This document shows positions 46,668-56,920 of a stretch of 64,000 nucleotides of DNA, in pieces. Where the stretch lies: positions 64,001-128,000 of IMG/VR virus record IMGVR_UViG_3300049460_000121; one strand, given 5' to 3'. The position numbers and the translations under genes were made by a program. This DNA comes from a virus (Duplodnaviria > Heunggongvirae > Uroviricota > Caudoviricetes). A model generated the notes under the pieces. The model was not told where the DNA came from, did no database searches, and was given only the letters and a program-made list of their open reading frames with translations. Each line of letters starts with the position of its first letter. The first letter of the stretch is position 1.

Positions 46668-46831
46668 TGGTCAGGCTCAGTCAGCTCGACCGTAGCAAGA
46701 TCAAGCCACGTCCTCGTGAGTGGCACCTCCAACAAGTGCGGCGGTTCCAGGCGGCTCAAGAAGAGCTTGAGAAACGTTGCGCTGAGTTGGGTATCCCGGT
46801 TCCAGTCATGGTTTGCAAGGCGGTGGCGTAA
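46667..46831 (+). CDS. 54-aa hypothetical protein (not in the ORF track)
   Basis: TAATG coupling at both ends; MVRLSQLDRSKIKPRPREWHLQQ... Confidence 0.65.
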   Translation: MVRLSQLDRSKIKPRPREWHLQQVRRFQAAQEELEKRCAELGIPVPVMVCKAVA

Positions 46832-47154
46832 TGCATCAGTTCAGTATTCCGTTCAAACAGAAGACGGCCAACCTCATTGCTCTCGTGGGCGGTGATCATC
46901 CTGACTTCACTGACAGCATCGCTGATGTCAAACTGATTGCGGTCAAGGATGCCGAAGGTGAGTTGCTCGAAACTTCCCACATCGGTTTCAAAGGTGGTCC
47001 TATCAAACGTGAAGCCAGCGGCTACACCGTGGACGTAGGACCATTCGTGGTTCGTGTGGACTACCAGACTGGTTTGGTAGAGATGTGGGGTGAGACCTTC
47101 CAAGACCTGACCCTGGTGCTCGGCGTTACGCTCGAGAACCTGAACCGCCGTTAA
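46831..47154 (+). CDS. Hypothetical protein
   Basis: TAATG coupling. Confidence 0.65.
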   Translation: MHQFSIPFKQKTANLIALVGGDHPDFTDSIADVKLIAVKDAEGELLETSHIGFKGGPIKREASGYTVDVGPFVVRVDYQTGLVEMWGETFQDLTLVLGVTLENLNRR

Positions 47155-47161
47155 GTAAGCA

Positions 47162-47198
47162 GCATAGAGGCAGGGGCGGTAAACCCCTGCCTCTATGC
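47162..47198. terminator. Hairpin between convergent genes (GCATAG...CTATGC)
   Basis: gcatagaggcagggg-cggtaaa-cccctgcctctatgc. Confidence 0.8.
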
Positions 47199-47200
47199 CG

Positions 47201-49360
47201 TTAACGTTTCAGGAACATGTTGTTCTTGAACCCACCAAACAGTTGGTCGCGATGTTTGGACTTCGCAGCCGCTTGCTTGTTGAACCGTGCTGTATCCGAG
47301 TGCTTGTCGATCGACACACCAGAATCCACCACTTCGACCGACTTCAGTTCCGACTTCATGACCTTGAGCTTGGTCTCCAAGTACTTACGTTCCATGTGGG
47401 ACTTGGACTTCTCAACCCGCTCTTCCATATCCTGGATATCGTTGAGCAGACGCTCTTCCTTCATGATGCGTTTGGTTTCTTGAGGCGATTCAACCGCCGC
47501 AGTCCGCAGACGACACAAGATGGAGCGGGTATTGATGCCGTAGTGATCCAGGTTACGAGCCGACCGCAGGAACCAGTGAGTCATGAGCCATGAGATTACA
47601 TGGTCATCGTGTCCGCTGGAGGCGTGGTCGATGCGGCCCCGACGCTCTACCAGAGTCGAGAGTTCCTCAATCAACGAGGCGTCCCGAATCAGGGTGGCGG
47701 TAGTTTCAGTCGCCACTGGCATGATGTCGATGTACAGCGCTTCACGCAATGGCCCGGAAGTTGGGAAACCAAAATCCGAACGGTACGGGAAGAACTTACG
47801 CTCCGTTGGGATGCCATGCGAGTACTCGCGATAATCGCGCTTAGCTGCGTCAGACAGCTCTGCGCGGTCGACAACCCGAGAGTAGATGCGACGGCCAGGG
47901 TCAACGCCATGTACCGGCAGATCGATCAGCAGGAAGTCCAGGATGGTGATCCAAGTAGACTTCGCTTCAGGGATGACCGTCATCTCTGTGAACTCCTGGA
48001 TAAACTTGGAGAACCACATCGAGAATCGGATCAAGTTGGACTCAGACACCGAGAAGGCCAACAGCACTTCACCCGTTTCGATATCCACCATGATACCGGA
48101 CATGCTGTCTCGTCCGACGGCGTTGGAGGTATCGAGACCCAGTACAGACTTACGGCGTAGTGCTTCCGCTTTAGGTACATGGTAACGGATAATGTACGAT
48201 TCGTTGGATTTGTCAGTAATCGGCTCTTGGTTCAAACTCTTCCGGATACGGTTGAGGACTTTCTCCTTGATCGGGTTACTGGCAGAACCGAACGTCCACT
48301 GCCCCAGGTAGTCTCGACGGATCTTGTCTCGGGACGCTGGTACAGTCGCGATCTTTTCACGCAACCAGGCATCACTGTAGCCCAACTGCAAGTGGTTGAA
48401 CGAGATGTCGACGTAGGGTGCTTCCGACTTACTGTTAGCCCGGATAGTGGCCACGGCGTCTTTACGGTCAACGCAGTCGTAAAGGATCTCGCTGAAGAAC
48501 ATCGCAATCGACTTGATCTTCTCGAACACGTACTTACCAGAATCGGTGGACAAGTCACCGGCGGTAGTCGTGTACAAGATGCCGTGCATGGAACCGTTTG
48601 CGCGGGCTTCGTCGAAAGAGGCTGTGGTTGCAGCGATCAGGGAAGGAATCGAGATCTCTGCGTACGGAAGGAAAGGAACCTCGTCACCCGTTACCAGGGT
48701 TGGAGTTGTACCACGACCCACGCCGTTAGCTGCCTCAGGGTCACCCTGGGGAACATACGACTTGGTGCGGTTGCCACGAGACAGGGTGGTGAACTCATGT
48801 TGGTTGTCCGCGTCCTTAGGATGCAAGTACCACATCCATTTAGGCAGCAGGTCCCGCATCAACTTGTATTCCTTGATCTCCTCTTTCCGAAGGTCGCCCT
48901 TGGTGAAGAGAATGTGCATGGAATCACGAGCTGCCACGTTGTGGAAGTAGTTCACCACAGCGCGGGTGTTCAGCGACTTACCGGTTTGACGAATTTGCTG
49001 GACGTAGGTAATGAACGAGTTCAGTACGCACCAGAACATGGCGATGTTACCGCGGTTAGCCCGCAGCGGGTGAGAACCACCACCAGATTTAGCAGGTACC
49101 CGTTGGATTTCCCGGAAGAAGTACCAAGGGTTCTCCTCACATTCCAGCATCATCATCTGGACGATGTGTTCCGGCAGGTTAGGATCGAATGGATCCCACT
49201 TCTGGAGTTCCGGTTGAATCAACGCCAGCATCATGTACCAGTGTTTGACGCCCATTGCCTTGTATTTCGCCGCCATCTTGACCCACGACTCGTTACGAGA
49301 AGAGGTGTCAACAATAGCGTTGGGATACTTGTCCCAATCCTTTTCGTACAAAATGGCCAT
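47201..49360 (-). CDS. terL: Terminase large subunit
   Basis: NPWYFFRE; Walker A IRQTGKS; Walker B TGDE; TTT coupling motif; nuclease GLDTS and HDD motifs. Confidence 0.93.
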   Translation of the reverse strand: MAILYEKDWDKYPNAIVDTSSRNESWVKMAAKYKAMGVKHWYMMLALIQPELQKWDPFDPNLPEHIVQMMMLECEENPWYFFREIQRVPAKSGGGSHPLRANRGNIAMFWCVLNSFITYVQQIRQTGKSLNTRAVVNYFHNVAARDSMHILFTKGDLRKEEIKEYKLMRDLLPKWMWYLHPKDADNQHEFTTLSRGNRTKSYVPQGDPEAANGVGRGTTPTLVTGDEVPFLPYAEISIPSLIAATTASFDEARANGSMHGILYTTTAGDLSTDSGKYVFEKIKSIAMFFSEILYDCVDRKDAVATIRANSKSEAPYVDISFNHLQLGYSDAWLREKIATVPASRDKIRRDYLGQWTFGSASNPIKEKVLNRIRKSLNQEPITDKSNESYIIRYHVPKAEALRRKSVLGLDTSNAVGRDSMSGIMVDIETGEVLLAFSVSESNLIRFSMWFSKFIQEFTEMTVIPEAKSTWITILDFLLIDLPVHGVDPGRRIYSRVVDRAELSDAAKRDYREYSHGIPTERKFFPYRSDFGFPTSGPLREALYIDIMPVATETTATLIRDASLIEELSTLVERRGRIDHASSGHDDHVISWLMTHWFLRSARNLDHYGINTRSILCRLRTAAVESPQETKRIMKEERLLNDIQDMEERVEKSKSHMERKYLETKLKVMKSELKSVEVVDSGVSIDKHSDTARFNKQAAAKSKHRDQLFGGFKNNMFLKR

Positions 49361-49400
49361 AAGTTGGTGTACGGCTGGGTGTTACCCCAGCCGTCTCCTA

Positions 49401-51116
49401 TCAGTATTTGTGAACAGTCACACCACTGACACCCAGCTGTAGATCGCCATTGATCATACGCTTGATCCACTTCAGGTAAATGGTGCCACCTTCCTGTACG
49501 TCGTTGACGAAGACAGTTTTGGTAGCCCACTGGCTGATAGGTAGCTCGAACGTGCGGGTGTTGGTTGTGATGATGACGTGCGTTGGCAGAGGTGCCGAGA
49601 GCTCGCTCGCGTTGTCGTACAGCGGGTTGATCGCCTGGTACAGCGCGGCCATCCAGTCTGCTTGAAGTACGAAGCCGTTCGCCAACTCGATGTTGGACAG
49701 ACCACCGCCAGCATTGGTGACCTTGGCCATGAGGTTGTTACCGTACCAGTCTGGCTGGTTACCGGAGAACTTCATTTTCCAGTTGGTAAAGCGCTGACCG
49801 CCGTCACGCAGCAAGCTGACTTGGAACAATTGGACGTGGACGTAGTCGCCGTAGGACGGATCGATCAGCTTCATCCGCACACCGACCTTGATGGTCTGGA
49901 TAGTGGTGAAGTCGATGCCGTTGAACGGAGAACTGTCCGGATGCAGGTCCACAGCGTTGCGAGGCACCCGCACAGCCGTTTGACGGGTAGCGTCGTACAG
50001 CCAGTAGTCCAGGACATACCCGGTGACATCGCTGACCCAAGTCGGGAAGGCGTAGAGCTTCAGGCTGTAAGCTGGATCGGACTCGATACCACGGATCAAG
50101 TACGGTTCAGTCACACGACCGTTGGCAGTCTGACCTTGCAGGTACGAATATTCCTCGTTCTGCGACAGCTCGTAGGTCAGGGTCAGAGGTTGCTCGCGAC
50201 CGCCCACGGTTGGAGACCAGTACTTCAGGCCATTCAACTTGAACTTACCATTCGCTTCTTCGTCCACCACGTCCATGATGGCAGTGCTGCCATCGGTGTA
50301 CGTGACTTGCCCACGCATGGCCAACGAGGCCACAGTGATGTTGACCGGCATCTCGATGACGTTCGGTTCGCTACTGGACAGACGGGAGCTGATCAGCTTG
50401 ATCCCCTGCACGCGCTTCTGCGCTTCCTCTGGACGACGAGTCAGGTTGGTGTTGTGGATCAGGAGCTTGTCGTAGCCGATCGGAGTACCGTGGATGTTGT
50501 ACGTCACCGCAGTGACCACTTCGCTGTCGTTGAGCTTACGGCTGGTGTAGCCCATCTTCGGCACTTTCTCAGCGACGTTGTTCAACGTGGTGGTCGCGTA
50601 GACTTCCAGCGGGATCGCGTCGTTGACGTACTCGTTGTTCACGTAGTACGCACTGATGACTTCACCAGAGACCGAGGTGTTCACACCTTTGAAGATGCGG
50701 ATCTCATGCGCCTCAGAACCGCGGATGTGGAGTTGGTTATCCACTTGCAGTAGGTGTGGGAACACGCGAGTGTCCAGGTAGCAGCGCCAGGTTTCGCTAG
50801 CGTATCCGGGACCAGTGCCCAAGAAACGATCCAGCTCTTCTAGCGTAGGACCTTCGTCCTTAGGCTCCCAGATGGCCAACTCTGCGACGTAGGTGGTGTA
50901 ATCCACCCGACTGACGCGGAAAAAGCCCATGGAGAAATCGTGGACGAGGTCATTTTCGTTCGGGACGTGTTTCCCCGACTCGGTCTTGACCACTTCATTG
51001 CCGCTGTCCAGCAACGAGTACTGGTACAGATCCTGAAGGTCGAACTGGAGCCGTCGACGATCTTTATTGACGATAACGGAATCGCCGTTATCGAGGGGAA
51101 TAGTAACTTCAGCCAT
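49401..51116 (-). CDS. Virion structural protein (phiKZ gp26-like)
   Basis: Beta-rich, 571 aa; synteny with the terminase. Confidence 0.7.
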   Translation of the reverse strand: MAEVTIPLDNGDSVIVNKDRRRLQFDLQDLYQYSLLDSGNEVVKTESGKHVPNENDLVHDFSMGFFRVSRVDYTTYVAELAIWEPKDEGPTLEELDRFLGTGPGYASETWRCYLDTRVFPHLLQVDNQLHIRGSEAHEIRIFKGVNTSVSGEVISAYYVNNEYVNDAIPLEVYATTTLNNVAEKVPKMGYTSRKLNDSEVVTAVTYNIHGTPIGYDKLLIHNTNLTRRPEEAQKRVQGIKLISSRLSSSEPNVIEMPVNITVASLAMRGQVTYTDGSTAIMDVVDEEANGKFKLNGLKYWSPTVGGREQPLTLTYELSQNEEYSYLQGQTANGRVTEPYLIRGIESDPAYSLKLYAFPTWVSDVTGYVLDYWLYDATRQTAVRVPRNAVDLHPDSSPFNGIDFTTIQTIKVGVRMKLIDPSYGDYVHVQLFQVSLLRDGGQRFTNWKMKFSGNQPDWYGNNLMAKVTNAGGGLSNIELANGFVLQADWMAALYQAINPLYDNASELSAPLPTHVIITTNTRTFELPISQWATKTVFVNDVQEGGTIYLKWIKRMINGDLQLGVSGVTVHKY

Positions 51117-51155
51117 TGTCGTATCCAGGTTAGGGGAGGTTACCCTCCCCGATGG

Positions 51156-53798
51156 TTATTGACCTACAGATTCCCAGGTCCGATGTGGATGAGGGTGGTC
51201 TTCCGCGTAATGCTCAAACCCTTCCTCAACGATGACCAAGTCACGATTGATCGACACGCGACCATCGAGCATGACTTCGATCACTCGGTCCAACAACCGA
51301 TACTGGTAGATGTTGAGGGAGATCGGCTCATTCTCTGGGTGAGGATGGATGATGACGTGCTGGAGGTCTACTTCAACCTTCAGTGCCGGATCGTACTTGA
51401 GCAACCAGTCGTAACCGCGCATCCGCTCACGGAGCCAATCGAGGGTGTATTCCTCTTTGAACTCACTCATGTTGATCACGCCATCAATCATGTCGTAGAT
51501 CAACTTGGTGCAGAGCGGACTGTAGACCCTATACCAAGCTGGGATCGGGTTAGGGATCTCACCAGGTTCCTGAGGGAGGGTGTAGGACAGGTAGTCCTCA
51601 ATCTCTTTATCCACAGCCAACGAGGTGGCACGCCATTCGTAGGTGTCGATGTCCGTCAACCCTTTCATTGGAATGATTGGGTTGGTGACTTGGTAAGGTG
51701 CGCCGTTCTTGATAGAGGTTGGCAATACTGCACCGTCCTCAGCCCAAGCCAGTTCACTGCGCGAATACAGCTGACCACCGATCACCACACGGGACACTTG
51801 GTCATCGTGCAGGTTGAACCGGAAGTTCTTACTGACCTGACGATGGGCAATGAAGCCCCAGTCGTGCGCCAGTTCACGGTTGAAGTCCTTGTCGCAGAAC
51901 CCACGCCCCCGCACAGTCACGTACTGGACACGATCATCCAGCAGGTACTCTTTGTTGACGATGCAGATCTCAGGCCACGAGACGTAATAGTCGAGGTTCT
52001 CGATCAAGGTGCGTCCATTTAAGAACACGTCCACCTGACCAAATGGAATCTCAACCATGGCCTCCAGATCAGTCTCGTCATCAGCGACGATCATGTCTTC
52101 TTTGGAGATCACGCTGAATGCCAGCGCACGGTCACGGTAGGACAGCTCAAAGTCCTTGATGTACGTTTGAGTATCGCAGCGGATCGCAGCTTTCTTCTGA
52201 GCGGTGTTGATCTTCCAACTCACGACACCGTTGACGACCTCGTAATAGTCGTCATCACCTGTCACGTCCACCCAGTCGTTGCGGGGGATGTTGTTCCAGA
52301 TGGTGCAGACGTAGAAGCGGTAGTCAACTTCAGGGGAGAGTTTGTACTCCTCCACATCGTAGATCGTGTAGTCAGCGGCCGAGGCCTTACCGGTCAACGC
52401 TTCGAAGTACATCGCACTCGGGTTGTTAACGAGGTATTCCATTGAGTAATCATGCGGATACCAACCCAGCAGCAGACCAGCAGCGTTATACTCAAAGATG
52501 GTCCCCTTCTTCACGGTGTTCCACGGCAACATCAACCAACGGGCCAGGTTAGACAGCGGCACCTTCTGCGGCAGGTCTCCCACCAGGCGACTGATCGCAT
52601 GGTAGCCCAACGCATCCCGTGCCAGTGGACGATCGATCTGACCGTCAAGCGCAGCGATCGCTTTGCAGTAAGCGCTGTTCTCAAGGTTAGCCGCTTGCCA
52701 CACCGAGACGTGTGCGTCTTCGCCAATCATGGCGTTGATGCGTTTCTCGTACGGAAGCTTGAACAGCTCCTTAATGCGCTGAGCGTTGAACACCAACGGA
52801 CGACGATAGCCGCCATGACGGATCACGACTTCCACCCGGAGGTCGTGGTAGCCCTGCCAATGCTCTTCGCCTTCAATGATGGAAGCGATGTTAGCGGTCG
52901 ACAGCGAGTAGTCCCGGTGGGTTACCATCCGGACAGCGTCTTCGCGGTTCTGGTGGTAGTACAGGCCGTCATAGACGAACTCTGTGGTGTACCGCAGCAG
53001 GAAGAAGTCCACATCGTCCAGGTAGTCGATGACGGTCCCCAGTCCATCACGGGCAATCAGGTATTTCTCCTTATTGTCCAGGGTACTGATGAAGGACTTC
53101 AAGTCAGCGAGTGTGTACTCTTTGACTTCACGCACCGACAGATCGCGGACGTACTCAATGATGTCACCCAACTTGCAGGTTACGCCGTTGATGTCCTTGA
53201 CCCGCTTACCGTTGACGTACGCCATGGCGTAGCCTGGGCGAGCGGCTTTAGCCAGACGCCATTTCTGCTGGTAGGCGTAGAAGCCGTTCTGGTCTTTGAA
53301 CGTGTAACCTTCGATCTCGATCCCTGCATCGATAGCCACGGCATCCGCACTGTCGAACCAGGCGTTGCTGCGCCAGCGGATATAAGGCTGACGCGTACCG
53401 AGGGTGTCGATGATAGGCATGTCGGGAATAGCGATCAACATGTTGCCATCGAAGGTGTATAGGAAGTAGCACTTGTGCGCCGGGATCCGTTTACCTGGAC
53501 CCGTGTAGATATCGATCAGCAGCGACGTATTGATCGAATGCGCCCGAGCGGACACCCACTTGTTCCGGATCTCATCCATCCCCACGAGGAACGGTGGCAG
53601 ATCACCGATCACGAAGACGTGGTAATAGGTGTTCACCGTTGGGAGGTTGTAGTCACGCCGACCGATACGCACATTCGCATACGCACCCCAATGCCGTGTT
53701 ACTCGCGTTGGGGCGACGATGTGTTGGCGGTCCATTCCTGGAGCACACCAGACATTGCGATTGACGTAGTCGACCAAGTAGTCAGTCGAACTGCTCAT
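51156..53798 (-). CDS. Virion structural/baseplate protein (phiKZ gp27-like)
   Basis: 880 aa; NVWCAP.D motif; synteny. Confidence 0.75.
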   Translation of the reverse strand: MSSSTDYLVDYVNRNVWCAPGMDRQHIVAPTRVTRHWGAYANVRIGRRDYNLPTVNTYYHVFVIGDLPPFLVGMDEIRNKWVSARAHSINTSLLIDIYTGPGKRIPAHKCYFLYTFDGNMLIAIPDMPIIDTLGTRQPYIRWRSNAWFDSADAVAIDAGIEIEGYTFKDQNGFYAYQQKWRLAKAARPGYAMAYVNGKRVKDINGVTCKLGDIIEYVRDLSVREVKEYTLADLKSFISTLDNKEKYLIARDGLGTVIDYLDDVDFFLLRYTTEFVYDGLYYHQNREDAVRMVTHRDYSLSTANIASIIEGEEHWQGYHDLRVEVVIRHGGYRRPLVFNAQRIKELFKLPYEKRINAMIGEDAHVSVWQAANLENSAYCKAIAALDGQIDRPLARDALGYHAISRLVGDLPQKVPLSNLARWLMLPWNTVKKGTIFEYNAAGLLLGWYPHDYSMEYLVNNPSAMYFEALTGKASAADYTIYDVEEYKLSPEVDYRFYVCTIWNNIPRNDWVDVTGDDDYYEVVNGVVSWKINTAQKKAAIRCDTQTYIKDFELSYRDRALAFSVISKEDMIVADDETDLEAMVEIPFGQVDVFLNGRTLIENLDYYVSWPEICIVNKEYLLDDRVQYVTVRGRGFCDKDFNRELAHDWGFIAHRQVSKNFRFNLHDDQVSRVVIGGQLYSRSELAWAEDGAVLPTSIKNGAPYQVTNPIIPMKGLTDIDTYEWRATSLAVDKEIEDYLSYTLPQEPGEIPNPIPAWYRVYSPLCTKLIYDMIDGVINMSEFKEEYTLDWLRERMRGYDWLLKYDPALKVEVDLQHVIIHPHPENEPISLNIYQYRLLDRVIEVMLDGRVSINRDLVIVEEGFEHYAEDHPHPHRTWESVGQ

Positions 53799-53801
53799 GG
53801 A

Positions 53802-54695
53802 TTACCCCTTGATGAGGTTGTTGACGTTCTTGATGAACTCTTTGTGGTTGTCGCGACTGATCACGCGCTCAACGATTTTACCCAGACCAGTCTTGGAGTA
53901 GCCCCGATCATTCACCGCGGTATACACCATGGCAATAAAGGTAGGTGGGTATTCCAATGCAACCGCCACCGCTTCACGATACGCCGGGCCGTAGGAAGCA
54001 CCCAGAGCGATGTAAATGAAGCCAACGGTCAACTGCTCGAGACGTGGGCTGTTCATCACTTTCTTCACCCAAGTCACGAAGTCCTGGATGTTGGTCAGAG
54101 GAGGAACTTCACCTACGACAGCGTTCAGTGTGATCGGATCCATCGCTGTCAAAGCACGAGCGGCACGGACCATAATACGGTCCTGCTCTAATGGTGTGGT
54201 GTGACTATCGACCACTTCGTGCAATTGCAAGAAGTAAATGGTCGTTAAGGCACGCAACATTGTGGTCTGACCGAAGTCTAGACCTAACCGTAAGCCCAGC
54301 GCAGACGTCACCCAACTAACGAACGATTTCAACGCGAAGTCGCCGACGTTCAGGAAGTCATGACGTGCCGGTGCGTCGCCATCAACCCAAAGCTTGGTCA
54401 GTTTGGCAGTGAGGACGGCGTGCTGGAATGCATCGATCCGCACCGCAGTACCATCGGGACGTAGCAACGACCGACCGTCAAGTACGACGGTATTAGCGAG
54501 CGTAGGAATTTCTTTATTGGTGATGGCTTGTTGGAACGGTGGGAAATCAGTGACGCCTGGCGGTACAAGGGCGATACCTTCCACACCTGCTACCTTCACC
54601 AGTTTTTCATCGATCTCGAGTCTGCGGATGCCGGTTGCGATGTTTGTCAGAACGAACCGCGTACACGGTGTTGTTTGGTATGGGGTATCGAACAT
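53802..54695 (-). CDS. Virion structural protein (phiKZ gp28-like)
   Basis: GGAG RBS; ALEYPPTF motif; synteny. Confidence 0.7.
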   Translation of the reverse strand: MFDTPYQTTPCTRFVLTNIATGIRRLEIDEKLVKVAGVEGIALVPPGVTDFPPFQQAITNKEIPTLANTVVLDGRSLLRPDGTAVRIDAFQHAVLTAKLTKLWVDGDAPARHDFLNVGDFALKSFVSWVTSALGLRLGLDFGQTTMLRALTTIYFLQLHEVVDSHTTPLEQDRIMVRAARALTAMDPITLNAVVGEVPPLTNIQDFVTWVKKVMNSPRLEQLTVGFIYIALGASYGPAYREAVAVALEYPPTFIAMVYTAVNDRGYSKTGLGKIVERVISRDNHKEFIKNVNNLIKG

Positions 54696-54862
54696 TGTTC
54701 GCGGTCTCCATGAAGGTTTGTAAAATATTAAAACAGCTGCTGTAGGAGCTGATTTAAAATAGTATGCGTACGCTGCGACATTTGGCGTATTCCACCAATG
54801 TGGTAGCGACCATACAATTCCTCGATTGTTCTGCGCGGAACTAAACTCCTGGGAGTATAAAC

Positions 54863-56914
54863 ATGTCTGTAAGTACTTACAGTTCTTTGCCACGGACGGT
54901 TTTCCGTGGTATCAAGGACGAATCGGCGGTCAACCTGGTTATGCCAGGCGAAAGCCTTCCGATCCGCGTGCCACTGTTTTTCACCCTGGCTGCCTGGGGC
55001 GAAACCGACAAAGCACGTTACGTGGACGGCGATGGTCAGGAATTGCTTTACGGCAAAGAGTTGACCAACCCGCGTTCGAAATTCTTCACCCACCAGAGTC
55101 AGTTCATTCGCTCTCACTTCGCCGCTGGCGGCAAGGCGCTCTTGCAGCGTATCGTGCCTGCCGATGCGAAACGTGCGACTGCCCGCCTGTCCCTGGACAT
55201 GGTTGCTGATGAGCTGCCGGTTTACGAGCGTAATGCTGACGGTACCTTCAAGCTCGACGCACAAGGCGCCAAGATCCTGGTTGTCGGCGAAACCATCGAA
55301 GGCTTCCGTCTTCAGTGGAAGATGGTCGAAATCCCAGCCAACGGCTTCGGCGTTGGTGTGGCTGGTGAAGGCGGTCTGGTTTCCGGTAAAGACGGTGCTA
55401 TCTCCGTCCTGACTCCGGTCATCGACCTCAATGGTCGTCACATCGGTGAGAAAGGCAAGAACCTCGGTTTCCGCCTGAGCGCTCCGACTGTTAACACCGT
55501 TGATCCGGCTGACGCCGATCTGAGCGAAAACCTGGGCTCGTTCCTGTATCGCATCCAGATGGTTCAGCGTACCGACGCCAAGTCGACCGCTCGCCTGCAA
55601 AGCAACCTCGACGGTGGCAACTTCGTCGACTTCAGCCTGAAGAAAGGTGCCGTGGACCTGTCCACCGACATCGAGTACTACGGTGCGAAGAACATCATCC
55701 GTTCGTACGAAACCACTGACCTGACTCAGTTCACCGGTTTCGGCAACTTCGAAAAGCTGAACATCTACGATGAAGGCATTGCCGCCATCCTGGAACAGCT
55801 GAAAGATGCGGAAGAAGCGCACACCGGCGACGAGATCGCTGATGCGCACCTGCTCAACATCCTGACGGGTGTGGACGTCAACGGCGTTCCGTACAACACC
55901 TTCGTTGTTGAAGGTCCTCAGGCTGGTGGTCTGCTGTTCACCGAAACCTCGAACTACTTCCTGCAAGGCGGTAGCGACGGCACCATCGGTGTGGCCGAGT
56001 ACAACGTCCTCGTTGACAACGTGCTGGCTGGTCTGTCCGACGCTGCGTTCCCTTACGCTGACATCGCGCGCATGCCGTACGATTCGGTTTGGGATTCGGG
56101 CTTCCCGGTTGACACCAAGTTGAAGTTCGCCAACTTCCACGCGATCCGTCCAGACGTGTTCATCCACGCCTGCACCCAGGACGTGCTGAAGCCGCTGAAC
56201 AGCGCTGCCGCGGATTCGTCCATCGGCGTGACCCTGCGTTCGCACTTCCGTGCATCGCAAGAGTCGGCTGAGTTCGGCACCAAGGCCTGCCGCTATGCGG
56301 TGGTAATGTCGGCTGGTCGTTTGATCAACGACAACTACGATGGTCTGGTTCCGTTCCTGGAATGGTTGCTGATCAAAGGCGCCGAGTACATGTCGTCCGC
56401 TGACGGCTCGATGAACTCCGACTTCGCTTTCGGGCGTGGTGAGCAGAACATCGTGACCCGTTACCGTGATCACAACGCCGGCACCAAGCTGGTTGGCTCC
56501 CGCAAGAACGATTGGGATAACGGCCTGAACTACGCTGAGTGGTTCGACATGTCTCGCCTGTTCTACGCAGGTATCCAGTCGATCTACGAAACCCACACCT
56601 CCATCCTCCACGGTTACCTGAACACTCAGATTGCTTGCAACCTGACGCGTATCGGTCACATCGTGTGGCGTGAGATGTCGGGCGACAGCCAACTGACCGA
56701 CGAAGAGTTCCTGGACGCAGTTACCGCCAAGGTCAACGAGCGTACCACTGGCAAGTACGACGGCCGGGTGACCATCACTCCGAACGCCTACTACAATGCC
56801 CTGGACGAAGCGTTGGGCTTCAGCTGGCACCTGGACATCGGCATGGCTGGTGACAACATCCGCACTGTGCAGAACCTCGCGGTGATCGCACAACGTCGTC
56901 GTAACGAGGAGTAA
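54863..56914 (+). CDS. Contractile tail sheath protein (phiKZ gp29-like)
   Basis: 683 aa; GIKDES; LQGGSDG; WDSGF motifs; upstream TATG at 54763. Confidence 0.9.
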   Translation: MSVSTYSSLPRTVFRGIKDESAVNLVMPGESLPIRVPLFFTLAAWGETDKARYVDGDGQELLYGKELTNPRSKFFTHQSQFIRSHFAAGGKALLQRIVPADAKRATARLSLDMVADELPVYERNADGTFKLDAQGAKILVVGETIEGFRLQWKMVEIPANGFGVGVAGEGGLVSGKDGAISVLTPVIDLNGRHIGEKGKNLGFRLSAPTVNTVDPADADLSENLGSFLYRIQMVQRTDAKSTARLQSNLDGGNFVDFSLKKGAVDLSTDIEYYGAKNIIRSYETTDLTQFTGFGNFEKLNIYDEGIAAILEQLKDAEEAHTGDEIADAHLLNILTGVDVNGVPYNTFVVEGPQAGGLLFTETSNYFLQGGSDGTIGVAEYNVLVDNVLAGLSDAAFPYADIARMPYDSVWDSGFPVDTKLKFANFHAIRPDVFIHACTQDVLKPLNSAAADSSIGVTLRSHFRASQESAEFGTKACRYAVVMSAGRLINDNYDGLVPFLEWLLIKGAEYMSSADGSMNSDFAFGRGEQNIVTRYRDHNAGTKLVGSRKNDWDNGLNYAEWFDMSRLFYAGIQSIYETHTSILHGYLNTQIACNLTRIGHIVWREMSGDSQLTDEEFLDAVTAKVNERTTGKYDGRVTITPNAYYNALDEALGFSWHLDIGMAGDNIRTVQNLAVIAQRRRNEE

Positions 56915-56920
56915 TAGCGT

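Noticed and set aside
54696-54893. N-terminal extensions called by the ORF track (also 30404-30496, 39410-39526 and 15957-16040)
   Set aside because: They cross promoter regions or other genes; downstream starts have better RBS or context.
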